Positions 47,610 through 58,062 of a stretch of 64,000 bases of DNA are shown here, one piece after another; the stretch's first letter is position 1, and each line of letters opens with the position of its first letter. Made by a program: the position numbers and the translations under genes. The stretch is taken from positions 1 to 64,000 of the forward strand of contig CAVZMI010000021.1 in assembly GCA_963776275.1 (NCBI GenBank), in the 5' to 3' direction. The notes under the pieces are model-generated. The model did not search any database, was not told the origin of the DNA, and saw only the letters and a list, made by a program, of their open reading frames with translations. Source of the DNA: Ignavibacteriota bacterium (lineage in GTDB: Bacteria > Bacteroidota > Ignavibacteria > UBA10030 > CAVZMI01).

Positions 47610-48032
47610 CTATCCTCTGCTGCGGATTTTCAAGCCGTGCTTCTGGAGAAGCTTGTCGATCTCTGCTTCGGGAAAGAATCCCTCGTGCCGGAAAAATTCC
47701 TTGCTGTCTTTGTCCAGAAATACCTGTGTCGGGATAACGCGTATTCCAAACTTCTCAGCATATACACGCTGTTCCGATTTCCAGACATCATAGAACACTA
47801 CCTTGATCTGGTCACCGTACTTTTTTTCGACGGCAGCCATAACAGGCTTCATCTGGCGGCACGGGATGCATTTTACTGAACCGAGTTCAACGAAGGTTAC
47901 CAGTGTTTTTTGTGTTTTCGCGGCATCTTTTTGTTCTGTCTTATTTACTTTCGACCGGGAGAGTGCGATTCCGGCTATTCCCAACAGGAAACACATTATA
48001 AGGATCGATCTGAACAGTCTTTTCTGATTCAT
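47610..48032 (-). CDS. Exported thioredoxin family protein
   Basis: Signal/anchor; KCIPC; IPTQVF cis-Pro loop. Confidence 0.9.
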   Translation of the reverse strand: MNQKRLFRSILIMCFLLGIAGIALSRSKVNKTEQKDAAKTQKTLVTFVELGSVKCIPCRQMKPVMAAVEKKYGDQIKVVFYDVWKSEQRVYAEKFGIRVIPTQVFLDKDSKEFFRHEGFFPEAEIDKLLQKHGLKIRSRG

Positions 48033-48036
48033 TATT

Positions 48037-48270
48037 CTATACCTTAAGCCATTGTAAGAGTTGAGTATCTTTGGGCACTGTCCCGACACTCTTCAATTCG
48101 TCATTGATGACGAGCCCGGGTGTCATCATGATTCCGTATTTTACCATTTCTTGAAGGTCGGTTACTTTTTCAACTTCTACCGGTAATTTATGTTTTATGA
48201 TTAACTGCCGTACACGTTCCTCAAGCGTTTTACATTTTGCGCAACCGACACCAAGAATCTGAACTTTCAT
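48037..48270 (-). CDS. Small thioredoxin-like protein (MTH895-type)
   Basis: GVGCAKC, MTPGLVIN. Confidence 0.9.
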   Translation of the reverse strand: MKVQILGVGCAKCKTLEERVRQLIIKHKLPVEVEKVTDLQEMVKYGIMMTPGLVINDELKSVGTVPKDTQLLQWLKV

Positions 48271-48279
48271 AGTCCACCA

Positions 48280-49290
48280 TCAATAGATGAAATAAAAAAC
48301 GTATCCCACAATAATTATTCCTATCGCGACAACACCGACAAAGATGAGAATGAGCGGGAGCTTGAGCACTTTTCGCAGAATTATAGTTTCCGGAAGCGAC
48401 AAACCGATGACCGACATCATAAAAGCCAATGCGGTTCCAAGCGATGCCCCTTTTTCCAAAAGTGCATGTACGATAGGAATTATACCGGCCGCATTGGAAT
48501 ATAGGGGAACGCCAATCAACACCGATACCGGTACAGCCCACCATGCCGACTTCCCCATGATGCTTGCCATAAAATTCTCAGGCACATATCCGTGAACTCC
48601 CGCACCGACTGCAATGCCGAAAAGAATATAGACCCACACCTTGCTCACGATGTCTCGCACGGCAATAAATCCGGCTTCTACTCGATCATCGAATGACGGC
48701 TTGTATTCCAAGACGGTATCCTGACCTTTTATGGCATACACCCATTCTTCGACGTAATGTTCGACGCGAAGTTTTCCGATCACGTAACCGGCCGATATCG
48801 CGATGAAAAGTCCCGTGCTTACATACAATAATGCCGTTTCCCATCCGAAAAGACCGAACAGTAAGACGACCGCCACCTCGTTAATCATTGGAGCTGCAAT
48901 AAGGAATGAAAATGTTACACCGAGCGGAATACCAGTCTCGACGAATCCAATGAAAAGGGGTACTGCCGAGCAGGAACAGAACGGCGTAACGATGCCGAGC
49001 ATACTTGCGAGAACGTTACCGACAAATAGTGACCGCTTTTCAAGGAGTTGCCGGGTTCTTTCGGGTGAAAAATAGCTCCTGATAATGCCAACCCCGAAGA
49101 CAACGATGGTCAGTAGAAGGAGCACTTTCGGGGCTTCGTACAGAAAAAACCGAATAGCTTCAGTCATCCGGGTCCCGGAATTCAGCGGCAGTGCTGAAAT
49201 TAGAGCACCGACAGCCGGTCCAAGAATTATATAGAGAATCACCCACACAACGATAAAAAGAAATGCAATATGTGACTTTTTCAGATTCAT
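48280..49290 (-). CDS. ArsP/DUF318 family permease
   Basis: TPFCSCSAVP, GVPLYSNAAG, LSLPE. Confidence 0.9.
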   Translation of the reverse strand: MNLKKSHIAFLFIVVWVILYIILGPAVGALISALPLNSGTRMTEAIRFFLYEAPKVLLLLTIVVFGVGIIRSYFSPERTRQLLEKRSLFVGNVLASMLGIVTPFCSCSAVPLFIGFVETGIPLGVTFSFLIAAPMINEVAVVLLFGLFGWETALLYVSTGLFIAISAGYVIGKLRVEHYVEEWVYAIKGQDTVLEYKPSFDDRVEAGFIAVRDIVSKVWVYILFGIAVGAGVHGYVPENFMASIMGKSAWWAVPVSVLIGVPLYSNAAGIIPIVHALLEKGASLGTALAFMMSVIGLSLPETIILRKVLKLPLILIFVGVVAIGIIIVGYVFYFIY

Positions 49291-49293
49291 TGA

Positions 49294-49542
49294 CTATAGC
49301 TTTGCTGTATGCTCGAGAATAAGATTCTTTATCTCTTCGATCTTCGGTACGCAACCATAAGACACAACTTTTTCGTCGATCACCAATCCCGGCGTCCGCA
49401 TGATGCCGTAGGTGGCAATTTTCTGAAAATCCTCAACCTTTTCGATTGCGGCTTTCATGTTCAATTCCTGGAGGGCTTCTTCTGTTCGTTTATAAAGCGT
49501 TTTACAGTTCATGCAGCCGGGGCCAAGTACTTTAATATTCAT
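49294..49542 (-). CDS. Small thioredoxin-like protein (MTH895-type)
   Basis: GPGCMNC, RTPGLVID. Confidence 0.9.
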   Translation of the reverse strand: MNIKVLGPGCMNCKTLYKRTEEALQELNMKAAIEKVEDFQKIATYGIMRTPGLVIDEKVVSYGCVPKIEEIKNLILEHTAKL

Positions 49543-49560
49543 ATGAATTCCTTTCTTGTA

Positions 49561-49582
49561 TATATTTGCTTATACGAATATA
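49561..49582. promoter_or_regulatory. Putative ArsR operator 2
   Basis: tatatttgcttatacgaatata upstream of the Trx-ArsP operon. Confidence 0.7.
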
Positions 49583-49724
49583 GTTAAGAATGGTTTCACA
49601 TGCAAGGAATATTTCATCATTATTTTGGCAATCCTCGAGAGATCTTTTAAGCTACTGTGACGGAATGAGAGTTATATTGTTCGGAAGGATGAGACTTCGT
49701 TGGGGATTCTCTGGTATGATCGGG

Positions 49725-50516
49725 TCAGAGCCTGTCGACCTCTGATTGGACTTCTCCCATCCGGCGTTCCAGAATATCCGCCGCCTGACTGATTTCAGTC
49801 CAATCGATCGATTCTTTTTTTAACATCGACTCTAATGATGCCGCTTTCTCCGTTACATCGGAATAACCGACGGTCCCGGCGCTTCCCTTGATATCGTGCA
49901 CGAGCCGGTGAAGGTCTTTCAATTCTCTTGATGAGACGAGATCCATCATTTTCTTCACTCGCGGAATATATAAAAGGATGAATTGCTTCTTCAGGAAGGT
50001 CAGCATATTGTCGTCTTCTTCACTCTCTGTCGCATTACCGTTCGACGGCGCTATTTCTAATTCCCTTTTTGTTCCTGAGACAAATTCATCAAATTCGGAA
50101 CCGAATATTTCGCGTAATACCGAAAGAATAACGTTTTCTTTCAGCGGTTTATGGAGAACACATGTGGCACCGAGTACCAATGCATTCTGAATTTTTTCCT
50201 GATCGTCATGACCTGTAATGACTATCACGGGGATCGATTTAGTTTTATCCTGCGATTTCAACACCTGCAGCACCTGAAGTCCATCGAGCTGTGGCATCCA
50301 GATATCAAGAAAAATGATATCCGGTATGAGCTGGATTGCAAGCTGGGCACCGCGATAGCCGTCGGAAGCCGTCGCAATATCAAAGTTCAAGCGCAGCAGA
50401 AGATAACTAGTGTTCCTACGGATCAATTCACCGTCATCCACAATCAGAGCGATTCGCTTTTTCATTGAGGGAACATCCTGCGGCGATTGTGCCGTGATTT
50501 CATTTGGCGGTGTCAT
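49725..50516 (-). CDS. Response regulator with C-terminal Hpt domain
   Basis: REC (DIWMP) plus [11 protein letters not shown] Hpt motif. Confidence 0.88.
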   Translation of the reverse strand: MTPPNEITAQSPQDVPSMKKRIALIVDDGELIRRNTSYLLLRLNFDIATASDGYRGAQLAIQLIPDIIFLDIWMPQLDGLQVLQVLKSQDKTKSIPVIVITGHDDQEKIQNALVLGATCVLHKPLKENVILSVLREIFGSEFDEFVSGTKRELEIAPSNGNATESEEDDNMLTFLKKQFILLYIPRVKKMMDLVSSRELKDLHRLVHDIKGSAGTVGYSDVTEKAASLESMLKKESIDWTEISQAADILERRMGEVQSEVDRL

Positions 50517-50760
50517 GAGGTATTCTCTTATGTCGAGGCTGGAGAGCATGCGTAAGATCTGCCACATATTCCTTATCCACATGTGCGGCATCAGCACTTT
50601 CCTGCTTAATCCGCTCAAAAATTTCGGCCCGATGTACTTTTACCTGTTTCGGAGCATCGATGCCAATTTTTACCTGGCTTCCTTCGATACCGACGACGGT
50701 GATTTTAATTTCATCACCGATTGTGATGACTTCCCCCAACTTCCGCGTTAATACAAGCAT
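50500..50760 (-). CDS. csrA: Carbon storage regulator CsrA
   Basis: [18 protein letters not shown]...[13 protein letters not shown]. Confidence 0.95.
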   Translation of the reverse strand: MLVLTRKLGEVITIGDEIKITVVGIEGSQVKIGIDAPKQVKVHRAEIFERIKQESADAAHVDKEYVADLTHALQPRHKRIPHDTAK

Positions 50761-50872
50761 GAGATCCCGTCCCGTATTTTGATTATAGTGCAATTATAGG
50801 ATGCGCCACTTATTTTTTAAATCTATTTTTACCATTGATATATTGGCTGTCACACTCATCCGACAAACGTGA

Positions 50873-52150
50873 TCATCGGGTCTTCCGAACTGGAAGCACG
50901 ACCGTAAAGGTCGAGCCGATACCTTTTTCACTTTTTACCGTAATATCACCGCAATGTTTTTTAACAATCCCATAACTGACAGGTAGGCCAAGTCCGGTTC
51001 CTTTGCCCAATCCCTTTGTTGTAAAGTAGGGTTCGAATATATGATTCATGTTCTCAGTAGGTATACCGCACCCTGTGTCGGTGATGCGAACATAGACTTT
51101 CTCGCCATCGGAAAATGTTTCAACCGTCATTTTTCCGTTTCTTTCTATTGCATCGCGGGCATTTAGAAAAAGGTTAAGAAACACTTGCTGTAAATAAATC
51201 ATGTTTCCGTTAATCGCGGGTATTGCCGGGTCGAGCTTTAACTCAATTTCGATCTCATTGGTCCGGAACTGATAACCAAGCAGCGGTAAAATCTGCTCAA
51301 CGGCGGAATTTATGCTGATAGGTTCTATGATAAAATTTTCAGGGACATTCCGGGAAAATTCGACAAGCCGTTTGATAATCTGAACGATGCGGCCTACTTG
51401 TTCTCTTATGACTTCGGTATGTCTAGTTAAATCTTCCCCAAATTGAAGAAGTTGAACATGTCCGAGTAAAATCTGTAGTGGATTGTTAATCTCGTGAACA
51501 ATTCCACCGACAAGCTCTCCGATTGCCGCCAATTTTGTAGTCAATATCATCTGTTCCTGTGAGATTTTAACGTCGTCGTTCACTTTCTGTAAATCACAAC
51601 GATACTTGTAATTTTCGATTGCAACAGCCGCGGTGTTTGCAAGGATTGAAAGAAGTTGAAGATCCCGATGTTGTATTTCTTCCTGCCGTTTCCTGGTATG
51701 AATTAGATACACTCCTATAATCTCATTACGGAGCATCAGCGGAATGATAACAAAGTTTCTCTCGTCATTGCGGTTTAGTTCATCATCAAAATCGGGGACA
51801 ATGATGGTCTTTTTTTCTTTTATAACCCAATCTATGATTCCTTCATCGTGGTGTCGTTGTGCTGTTTTCTGAAGACTTTCCGATACGGGGGTAGAAAATG
51901 ATATTGCCATATTACCGAAGAGACCAGTATAAAATATTCCACTTTCAATAACCGGAAGAACCAGTCGCGTCAGTTCTGTCAGTGTTGATAGAATTTCTTT
52001 TTGTTCTAGCGCTGTGCTGATGGTGTGTGAAAGTCGCTGCATAATGTGACTCTCACGACTTTCGGCTAATTTCTCGCCATCCGGTAAGGCATTTTCAAGA
52101 AGCGCCAGTTCGTTATGTGAAGGTGATACGATATGATTCTTTATTTCCAT
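50873..52150 (-). CDS. Cytoplasmic GAF-histidine kinase (NtrB-like)
   Basis: VHEINNPL, NARDA, DTGCGI, FTTKG..GTGLGL. Confidence 0.92.
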   Translation of the reverse strand: MEIKNHIVSPSHNELALLENALPDGEKLAESRESHIMQRLSHTISTALEQKEILSTLTELTRLVLPVIESGIFYTGLFGNMAISFSTPVSESLQKTAQRHHDEGIIDWVIKEKKTIIVPDFDDELNRNDERNFVIIPLMLRNEIIGVYLIHTRKRQEEIQHRDLQLLSILANTAAVAIENYKYRCDLQKVNDDVKISQEQMILTTKLAAIGELVGGIVHEINNPLQILLGHVQLLQFGEDLTRHTEVIREQVGRIVQIIKRLVEFSRNVPENFIIEPISINSAVEQILPLLGYQFRTNEIEIELKLDPAIPAINGNMIYLQQVFLNLFLNARDAIERNGKMTVETFSDGEKVYVRITDTGCGIPTENMNHIFEPYFTTKGLGKGTGLGLPVSYGIVKKHCGDITVKSEKGIGSTFTVVLPVRKTR

Positions 52151-52158
52151 GGAATTAT

Positions 52159-53031
52159 TTACACCGGATTGGAAAGCGGCGTTGCAGGTTCGAATGCTTC
52201 CCGAAATTTCAGCGTGTAGCTTGTCATAAATTCTTCGAGCGGTAATTTTTCTTTCCTGTGCAATATCCGTAACACATCGGGTGATATGGTAATCAATGAA
52301 TCGAATTCTAAACGCCCGTCGTGACATCGGGTACTCAAAACGTCAACAAAATGAATCAACGCAACGAGTTCGGGATTCATCTTGGCTTTTTCCGGGAAAT
52401 GGTGATAGCGTATTGCTTCTACGAGTTGTTCTGGAAAATTCCATCGTTCGGCCAACCAGCTCCCTATATCAGCATGCGTAACGCCGAATATTTCCTTTTC
52501 AGCATCCATATGGGATACATCATGTGTCCGCATCAATTGTATCACCTCACGAAATTCACGGGGGAAAAACTGTTCCTCAATAATAATTCCAATGTCATGA
52601 AGGAGTCCCGCAACATATGCCTCACCGCTGAGGCGGTAGTTAAACTCAAGCGAAAATTTTCTCGCTGCCGCACCCGTTGCAGCAGCATGATCCCAGAATG
52701 CTTGTGGATCAAATGAGTGTGTGTTGCGTTTGTGGAGCGAATCGAGTAGCGACGCACTTATTATAATTTCTTTGAATGTTTTAAAGCCTACGACAATAAT
52801 AGCGAAATCGATCGTGGAAATTCGACGTGAAAATCCATACAGTGGTGAATTCGCAACCTTCAGGAGTCTAGCCGTCAATACCTGATCTTTTGACACCAGG
52901 TGTGCCAGTGACGCCGCACTTGTCCGCGGATTACTGACCAGTTTTACCACTTCTGTTGATATAGCCGGCAACGCTGGGAGGCGAACAATATTTTGTACTT
53001 TTTCTTTTAGATTTTGAATTCGTTGTATCAC
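52159..53031 (-). CDS. HDOD domain protein
   Basis: LPALP, LLKVANSPLYG, GLLHDIG, THADIG..LAERW, IRYHH. Confidence 0.92.
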   Translation of the reverse strand: MIQRIQNLKEKVQNIVRLPALPAISTEVVKLVSNPRTSAASLAHLVSKDQVLTARLLKVANSPLYGFSRRISTIDFAIIVVGFKTFKEIIISASLLDSLHKRNTHSFDPQAFWDHAAATGAAARKFSLEFNYRLSGEAYVAGLLHDIGIIIEEQFFPREFREVIQLMRTHDVSHMDAEKEIFGVTHADIGSWLAERWNFPEQLVEAIRYHHFPEKAKMNPELVALIHFVDVLSTRCHDGRLEFDSLITISPDVLRILHRKEKLPLEEFMTSYTLKFREAFEPATPLSNPV

Positions 53032-53043
53032 GAGACTGCCGGA

Positions 53044-53796
53044 TTATAAAAGAACATTTTTCATTGTATTTTGCAACGTATGGATCGCTTCGGTATGAAT
53101 TTGTGAAACCCGGGATTCGGAAATATCAAGAACCTTCCCGATTTCTTTAAACGTCAACTCTTCATAATAATATAGGCTTAAGACAAGCCGGGGTTTCTCT
53201 CCCAGATCTTTCAACGCATCAATAATTAATTCACGGATTTCATTGTTGGCGATTGCATCGATTATATTTTCTCCATCGTCGGCGCTTATGATTTCATGCA
53301 ATGTCGTCTGGTCGGCACCGGCGTATGTCCGATCAAGCGACAACATCGGCATATAGGCGGTTTTTGTAGCCAACGAGTGATACTCCTCAACGCTGACCGA
53401 CAGCTCGTCGGCAATATCCTTTGAATTGACTTCATCGCCATGAGTATGTTCAAGACGACGAATAGTCTCGTTCAACTGGCGTGATTTCTTTCTAATAGAC
53501 CGGGGCAGCCAGTCGAGCTTACGCAGTTCATCAATGATAATCCCTTTAATCCTGGGAATAGCATATGTTTCAAATTTAATTCCGCGTTCCGGTTGGAAAC
53601 GATCAATGGCATCGCTCAGACCAAGCATGCCATAATTGACCAGATCGGCTTCTTCTAAAACATTCGGCAATGAAAGACTCGAATGGTGGATGACATATTT
53701 CACAAGACCGGTATATCGAACCATTAATTTTCTCTTGACGTTCTGATTATGCCGAGTCGTATACGATTTCCACATCTCATCATGATTGGGTGCCAT
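53044..53796 (-). CDS. fliA: RNA polymerase sigma factor FliA/WhiG (sigma28)
   Basis: KFETYAIPRIKG.IIDELRKLDWLPRS; LYYYEELTFKEIG..LDISESRVSQIH. Confidence 0.93.
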   Translation of the reverse strand: MAPNHDEMWKSYTTRHNQNVKRKLMVRYTGLVKYVIHHSSLSLPNVLEEADLVNYGMLGLSDAIDRFQPERGIKFETYAIPRIKGIIIDELRKLDWLPRSIRKKSRQLNETIRRLEHTHGDEVNSKDIADELSVSVEEYHSLATKTAYMPMLSLDRTYAGADQTTLHEIISADDGENIIDAIANNEIRELIIDALKDLGEKPRLVLSLYYYEELTFKEIGKVLDISESRVSQIHTEAIHTLQNTMKNVLL

Positions 53797-53882
53797 GGGT
53801 CTACCCTCTGGTAATAATTATTCTGAGTCGCTCTTTTTCTGTTTACTTTTCAAAATAGATTCAACACGTTTGATATCAAAAT

Positions 53883-53898
53883 TACAAAGACCGTACCA
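53883..53898 (-). promoter_or_regulatory. Sigma54-like -24/-12 promoter upstream of fliA
   Basis: TGGTACGGTCTTTGTA versus consensus TGGCAC-N5-TTGC; GT instead of GC at -12. Confidence 0.4.
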
Positions 53899-54065
53899 AA
53901 GGGTAGGAAATTTGATCATTGTAAGGTATTGATAAATAATAAGTTGCAAGGCCAGATAACCGGCTTCTTAAAGTGCACCCAATTATCCATTGAAAAGAAG
54001 GCTAATATTGGCCAGGTGGCGGTCTTTCTGAATTATGGATAGTGTACGGTAAGTGACGTATTGAG

Positions 54066-55157
54066 TTAATGCAGGACAATCGATGTGAGTATTTCTGGTA
54101 TCTGTTCAAGGGGAGCGATTACATCACTGAGACCGGCTTCGACGGCAGCTCGCGGCATGCCATACACAACGCAAGTTTCTTCATTCTGGGCGATGACATA
54201 CCCACTTCTCTGTTTAATCAGCTTAAGTCCTTCGAGGCCGTCTTTCCCCATCCCGGTCATAATAATCCCAAGTACGCCGGGCCCAAAGACTTCCGCTGCG
54301 GATATCATCATTACATCGACTGAAGGACGATGAAGAGTCTTTGTAGGTTCTTCAGAGAGATGAACTGCGACACTTCTTATATCATTTCTTCTGAAAGTCA
54401 GATGAAGACCTCCGGGAGCAACCAGAGCAACGCCTTCTTGCACAATGTCTCCTTCCTCAGCTTCTTTAACGGTAAGCTCGCTGAGATTATTTAAACGATC
54501 GGCAAGTGACTTTGTAAACTTTGGTGGCATATGTTGAACAATGACGATTCCCTTAGGAAACGTTTTTGGTATTTTCGGTAAGAGAGCATGAAGTGCAAAT
54601 GGACCTCCTGTAGATACTCCGATAGCGACCACCGGGAATTCGATACCGGGAGAAGTACCATTCCACCCCGCGGCAGTAACAATACTTGGCGTTTCAGGTT
54701 CTTCGACGGACGGGCGTGGAGCGCGTAAACGTGAAAATCGTTTCCGAAGGCAACGACTTTGAAAAATTTCGTGGACTTTTTCAAGAAGGTCATTCTTAAT
54801 TTTTACGATGTCAAGCGATACATACGAAAGCTGTTTAGGAATAAAATCGACTGCACCCAGCTCCATTCCTCTGATTGTCGCTTCCGCCCCCTCAGTTGTC
54901 ATTGAACTCACCATCAGAACGGGAAGGGGGCATTCTTTCATGATGATCTGCAGGGCTGTCAGGCCATCCATACGCGGCATTTCGATATCCAGGGTAACAA
55001 TATCGGGTTTCAGCTGCTGTATTTTATCGATGCCATCTTGTCCATCACGTGCAGTACCGATGACTTTTATGCCCGGATCCGATTCAAGAAGCAATGAAAG
55101 CGATTTCCTCATGAATGCTGAATCATCAATCACAAGAACACGAATTTGTTCGCTCAT
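54066..55157 (-). CDS. cheB: Chemotaxis methylesterase CheB
   Basis: REC plus GVSTGGP, QHMP, RPSVD, MTGMGKDG. Confidence 0.96.
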   Translation of the reverse strand: MSEQIRVLVIDDSAFMRKSLSLLLESDPGIKVIGTARDGQDGIDKIQQLKPDIVTLDIEMPRMDGLTALQIIMKECPLPVLMVSSMTTEGAEATIRGMELGAVDFIPKQLSYVSLDIVKIKNDLLEKVHEIFQSRCLRKRFSRLRAPRPSVEEPETPSIVTAAGWNGTSPGIEFPVVAIGVSTGGPFALHALLPKIPKTFPKGIVIVQHMPPKFTKSLADRLNNLSELTVKEAEEGDIVQEGVALVAPGGLHLTFRRNDIRSVAVHLSEEPTKTLHRPSVDVMMISAAEVFGPGVLGIIMTGMGKDGLEGLKLIKQRSGYVIAQNEETCVVYGMPRAAVEAGLSDVIAPLEQIPEILTSIVLH

Positions 55158-56917
55158 TGATTGTCTTTCTTCGAAGACCCTACAAGTTTAATCAATTCGC
55201 CAATATCGATAATCATTTTCACGGTTCCATCACCAAGGATGGTGGAGCCCGCAATCCCCTCAATATTCCCGAGATAGCCTCCCAGAGATTTAATAACAAC
55301 CTCTTTTTGGCCCAACAAGGAATCTACAGCGATGCCGACCCGGGTTTCTGCTAAACCGATTACGACGACGTGCAGGCGGTTACTCTTTCTAGCTTCACCC
55401 GGAACATGGAATATATTGTCGATGCGAACTAATGGAAGAACAGCATTCCTAATGCGAATAACCTCTTTTCCATTAATCGTATCGATTTCATCCGTTGTAA
55501 TCCGGACAACTTCGATTACGGAACTCAATGGAATGACAAAAATCTCCTGTTTCACCTGGACAAGGAGACTCTGAATGATTGCTAATGTGAGAGGTAATTT
55601 GATGACAATCTTGGTACCAATTCCAACATCAGACTCAACATCAATGAGACCATTCAGACGCGTTATATTCGTCCGCACAACGTCCATTCCTACACCTCGT
55701 CCGGATATATTGGTCACTTTCGTTGCAGTACTGAATCCCGGCAGGAATATCAGGTTAAACGCATCGCGCCCCGTCATAACGGCGCCTTCGGCTTCGGTTA
55801 GGAGTCCTTTTTCAATTGCCTTTGCTTTCAGTACTTCCGGATCCATACCGCGGCCATCATCCTCTATGTTGATGACGATATGGTTCCCCTCGTGTTCGGC
55901 TTTAAGCCATATCGTACCGCGTCGCGATTTTCCAAGTGATTGGCGTTCTGCCGGAGATTCAATCGCATGGGTCACCGAATTCCTTAAAATATGGATCAAC
56001 GGATCGTTGATTTCTTCGATGATAGACTTGTCGAGTTCGGTTTCTTCACCTGTAATAACCAGATCGATCTCTTTATTCGCATCATGTGCCAGGTCGCGGA
56101 TAAGCCTGGGAAATTTATTAAAGACTCGTCCAATCGGCACCATTCGGGTTTTCATAATAGCCGATTGAAGCTCTGTTGTAATAAAATCGATTTGTGATGA
56201 AGTTTCCACTAGTTCTTTAGCCAGTTCTTCATTCTCGTGCTCACTACCAATCAAGAAGCTAATTTGTGCCAGTCTGTTTCGCCCGAGGACTAGTTCGCCG
56301 ACAAGATTCATAAGATTATCAAGTCGTTGAACATCGACACGTATTGTTGTGTCCGATGTTCTATCGGTCTTCGTTGCTGTCGGTTGAAGTGTTTCTTCCT
56401 CCTGATTATCGCTTTTGAGATTCGCTGTGATATCAGTTAGGGCTTTGGATACGGTATATTCTTCCTGCGAATCGGCGACGGGTTGGGCGGATTTTGCAGT
56501 CTGATGTTCACTGAGTGCGTCGAGTTTTGTCAGGACATCGTTCAGATTAATCGGTGTCATATCACTAGATTGGATCTTTTGGAGCAGTACCTTCATCGTA
56601 TCGAACGCGCAGAAGCTTCCATCGATCAATTCGGGGGTAATTTGCAGCTCATTTTTCCGCAGTTTATTTAGAACCTCTTCAAATTTATGGGTAAGTTCAG
56701 ACATCTGATCGAATCCCAGAAAACCGGAGGTTCCTTTCACTGTATGTGCGGCTCTGAATATTCTATTGAGCAAATCAGAATTTGTCGAGCCGCGTTCTAG
56801 CTCCAGGAGATCCTGATCAAGTCCTTCAATAATCTCGCGTGTTTCGACAATAAAGCTCTCGATGATTTCTTTCATCTCATCGTCGAGGAGGCCCGATGAA
56901 TTTTTTGTGTCAGCCAT
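55154..56917 (-). CDS. cheA: Chemotaxis histidine kinase CheA
   Basis: FRAAHTVKG Hpt, LMNLVGELV, DDGRG, SGRGVGMDVV, C-terminal CheW domain. Confidence 0.96.
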   Translation of the reverse strand: MADTKNSSGLLDDEMKEIIESFIVETREIIEGLDQDLLELERGSTNSDLLNRIFRAAHTVKGTSGFLGFDQMSELTHKFEEVLNKLRKNELQITPELIDGSFCAFDTMKVLLQKIQSSDMTPINLNDVLTKLDALSEHQTAKSAQPVADSQEEYTVSKALTDITANLKSDNQEEETLQPTATKTDRTSDTTIRVDVQRLDNLMNLVGELVLGRNRLAQISFLIGSEHENEELAKELVETSSQIDFITTELQSAIMKTRMVPIGRVFNKFPRLIRDLAHDANKEIDLVITGEETELDKSIIEEINDPLIHILRNSVTHAIESPAERQSLGKSRRGTIWLKAEHEGNHIVINIEDDGRGMDPEVLKAKAIEKGLLTEAEGAVMTGRDAFNLIFLPGFSTATKVTNISGRGVGMDVVRTNITRLNGLIDVESDVGIGTKIVIKLPLTLAIIQSLLVQVKQEIFVIPLSSVIEVVRITTDEIDTINGKEVIRIRNAVLPLVRIDNIFHVPGEARKSNRLHVVVIGLAETRVGIAVDSLLGQKEVVIKSLGGYLGNIEGIAGSTILGDGTVKMIIDIGELIKLVGSSKKDNQ

Positions 56918-56934
56918 GACGTGGGACCTTCGAA

Positions 56935-57654
56935 TTATTTCTCTTTGAACATCCGGTCGATTTCGTTTTGTGACTCAATTTCGCTCTCTGGAAGAACGTC
57001 ATGTGAAAGAGTCTTGCTCGATTGTCGGGCAATATAGTCGGACAATTTCTTCCGTGAGGAATCGGGTATGACACTCTGGAATTCAGCCCCATAGAATTTT
57101 TGGAGGATGATTGTTAATCGATTATGAACCGAATCGATTAGATGGTTAATGGCCTCGATGTGCTGCGCCATGATATCTTGCACCTGCAGCGACATTACGA
57201 TATTTGTCGAATCGCCCTGAATGCTCTCGACCCTCTTAAGCATTGACTGTACGGCCTCATCAATTGGTGGTAGAGATTCATACTCCTGCCAGAGGTTCTG
57301 TAATCGAGGTAATAAAGTAGCCGCATCGTCCTCAGTGAATCCCGTGAGGATAGTGCGTATTTCATCTTGAAGTTCTTTTCGCCTTGGTGTAGAATCGGAT
57401 ATCATTAATAATTCCCCCAAGAACAAGCTGATATTTTCATTCAGGCGATCGACGACACTCAGTATTTCCGCTGTCACGCGTTCATTTCGTTCGGTAACCT
57501 TGTTTAGATTTGTTGAAACATGAGGAATCTTTTTCAAACTTTCGTGAACCATCAGAATAATATCCTCAATGACAGGGAGCAGATTATGATAACCGAACGG
57601 CGGTTTCTGTTCATCAACACGCCCTGATACATCCGTGTGATCATGTTCGTTCAT
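56935..57654 (-). CDS. CheZ-like phosphatase
   Basis: SLQVQDIMAQ (DxxxQ) and C-terminal SQNEIDRMF. Confidence 0.7.
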   Translation of the reverse strand: MNEHDHTDVSGRVDEQKPPFGYHNLLPVIEDIILMVHESLKKIPHVSTNLNKVTERNERVTAEILSVVDRLNENISLFLGELLMISDSTPRRKELQDEIRTILTGFTEDDAATLLPRLQNLWQEYESLPPIDEAVQSMLKRVESIQGDSTNIVMSLQVQDIMAQHIEAINHLIDSVHNRLTIILQKFYGAEFQSVIPDSSRKKLSDYIARQSSKTLSHDVLPESEIESQNEIDRMFKEK

Positions 57655-57669
57655 GGTACCTCCCTCAAT

Positions 57670-58044
57670 CTAAGCGTTCCGTAATATTTGTTCGATTTTA
57701 TCCTTCAAGAGCTCTGGTGTGAAGGGTTTGATGATATAGTTATTCACGCGCGCCTGAAGTGCTTCCACGATATCTTGTTTTACTCCACGTGTGGTTATCA
57801 TAAGAATCGGGATATGTTGAATATCTGTTTCCGAGCGGACGGCTCTGGTGAATTCGAGCCCGCTCATATTCGGCATATTCCAGTCTGTGATGATAAAATC
57901 GATTTTATCAGTCATAAGCTTTTCGAGAGCATCTTTCCCATCGGAGGCTTCAATGACATCGTTATATCCGCCCTCTTTTAGAGCGTTAAGCACAATGCGA
58001 CGCATTGTTGCCGAATCGTCAACGACAAGTATCTTCAACCCCAT
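57670..58044 (-). CDS. cheY: Chemotaxis response regulator CheY
   Basis: VDDSATMRRI, TDWNMPNM, YIIKPFT. Confidence 0.92.
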   Translation of the reverse strand: MGLKILVVDDSATMRRIVLNALKEGGYNDVIEASDGKDALEKLMTDKIDFIITDWNMPNMSGLEFTRAVRSETDIQHIPILMITTRGVKQDIVEALQARVNNYIIKPFTPELLKDKIEQILRNA

Positions 58045-58062
58045 ACCATTCCTCCTTGGAAA

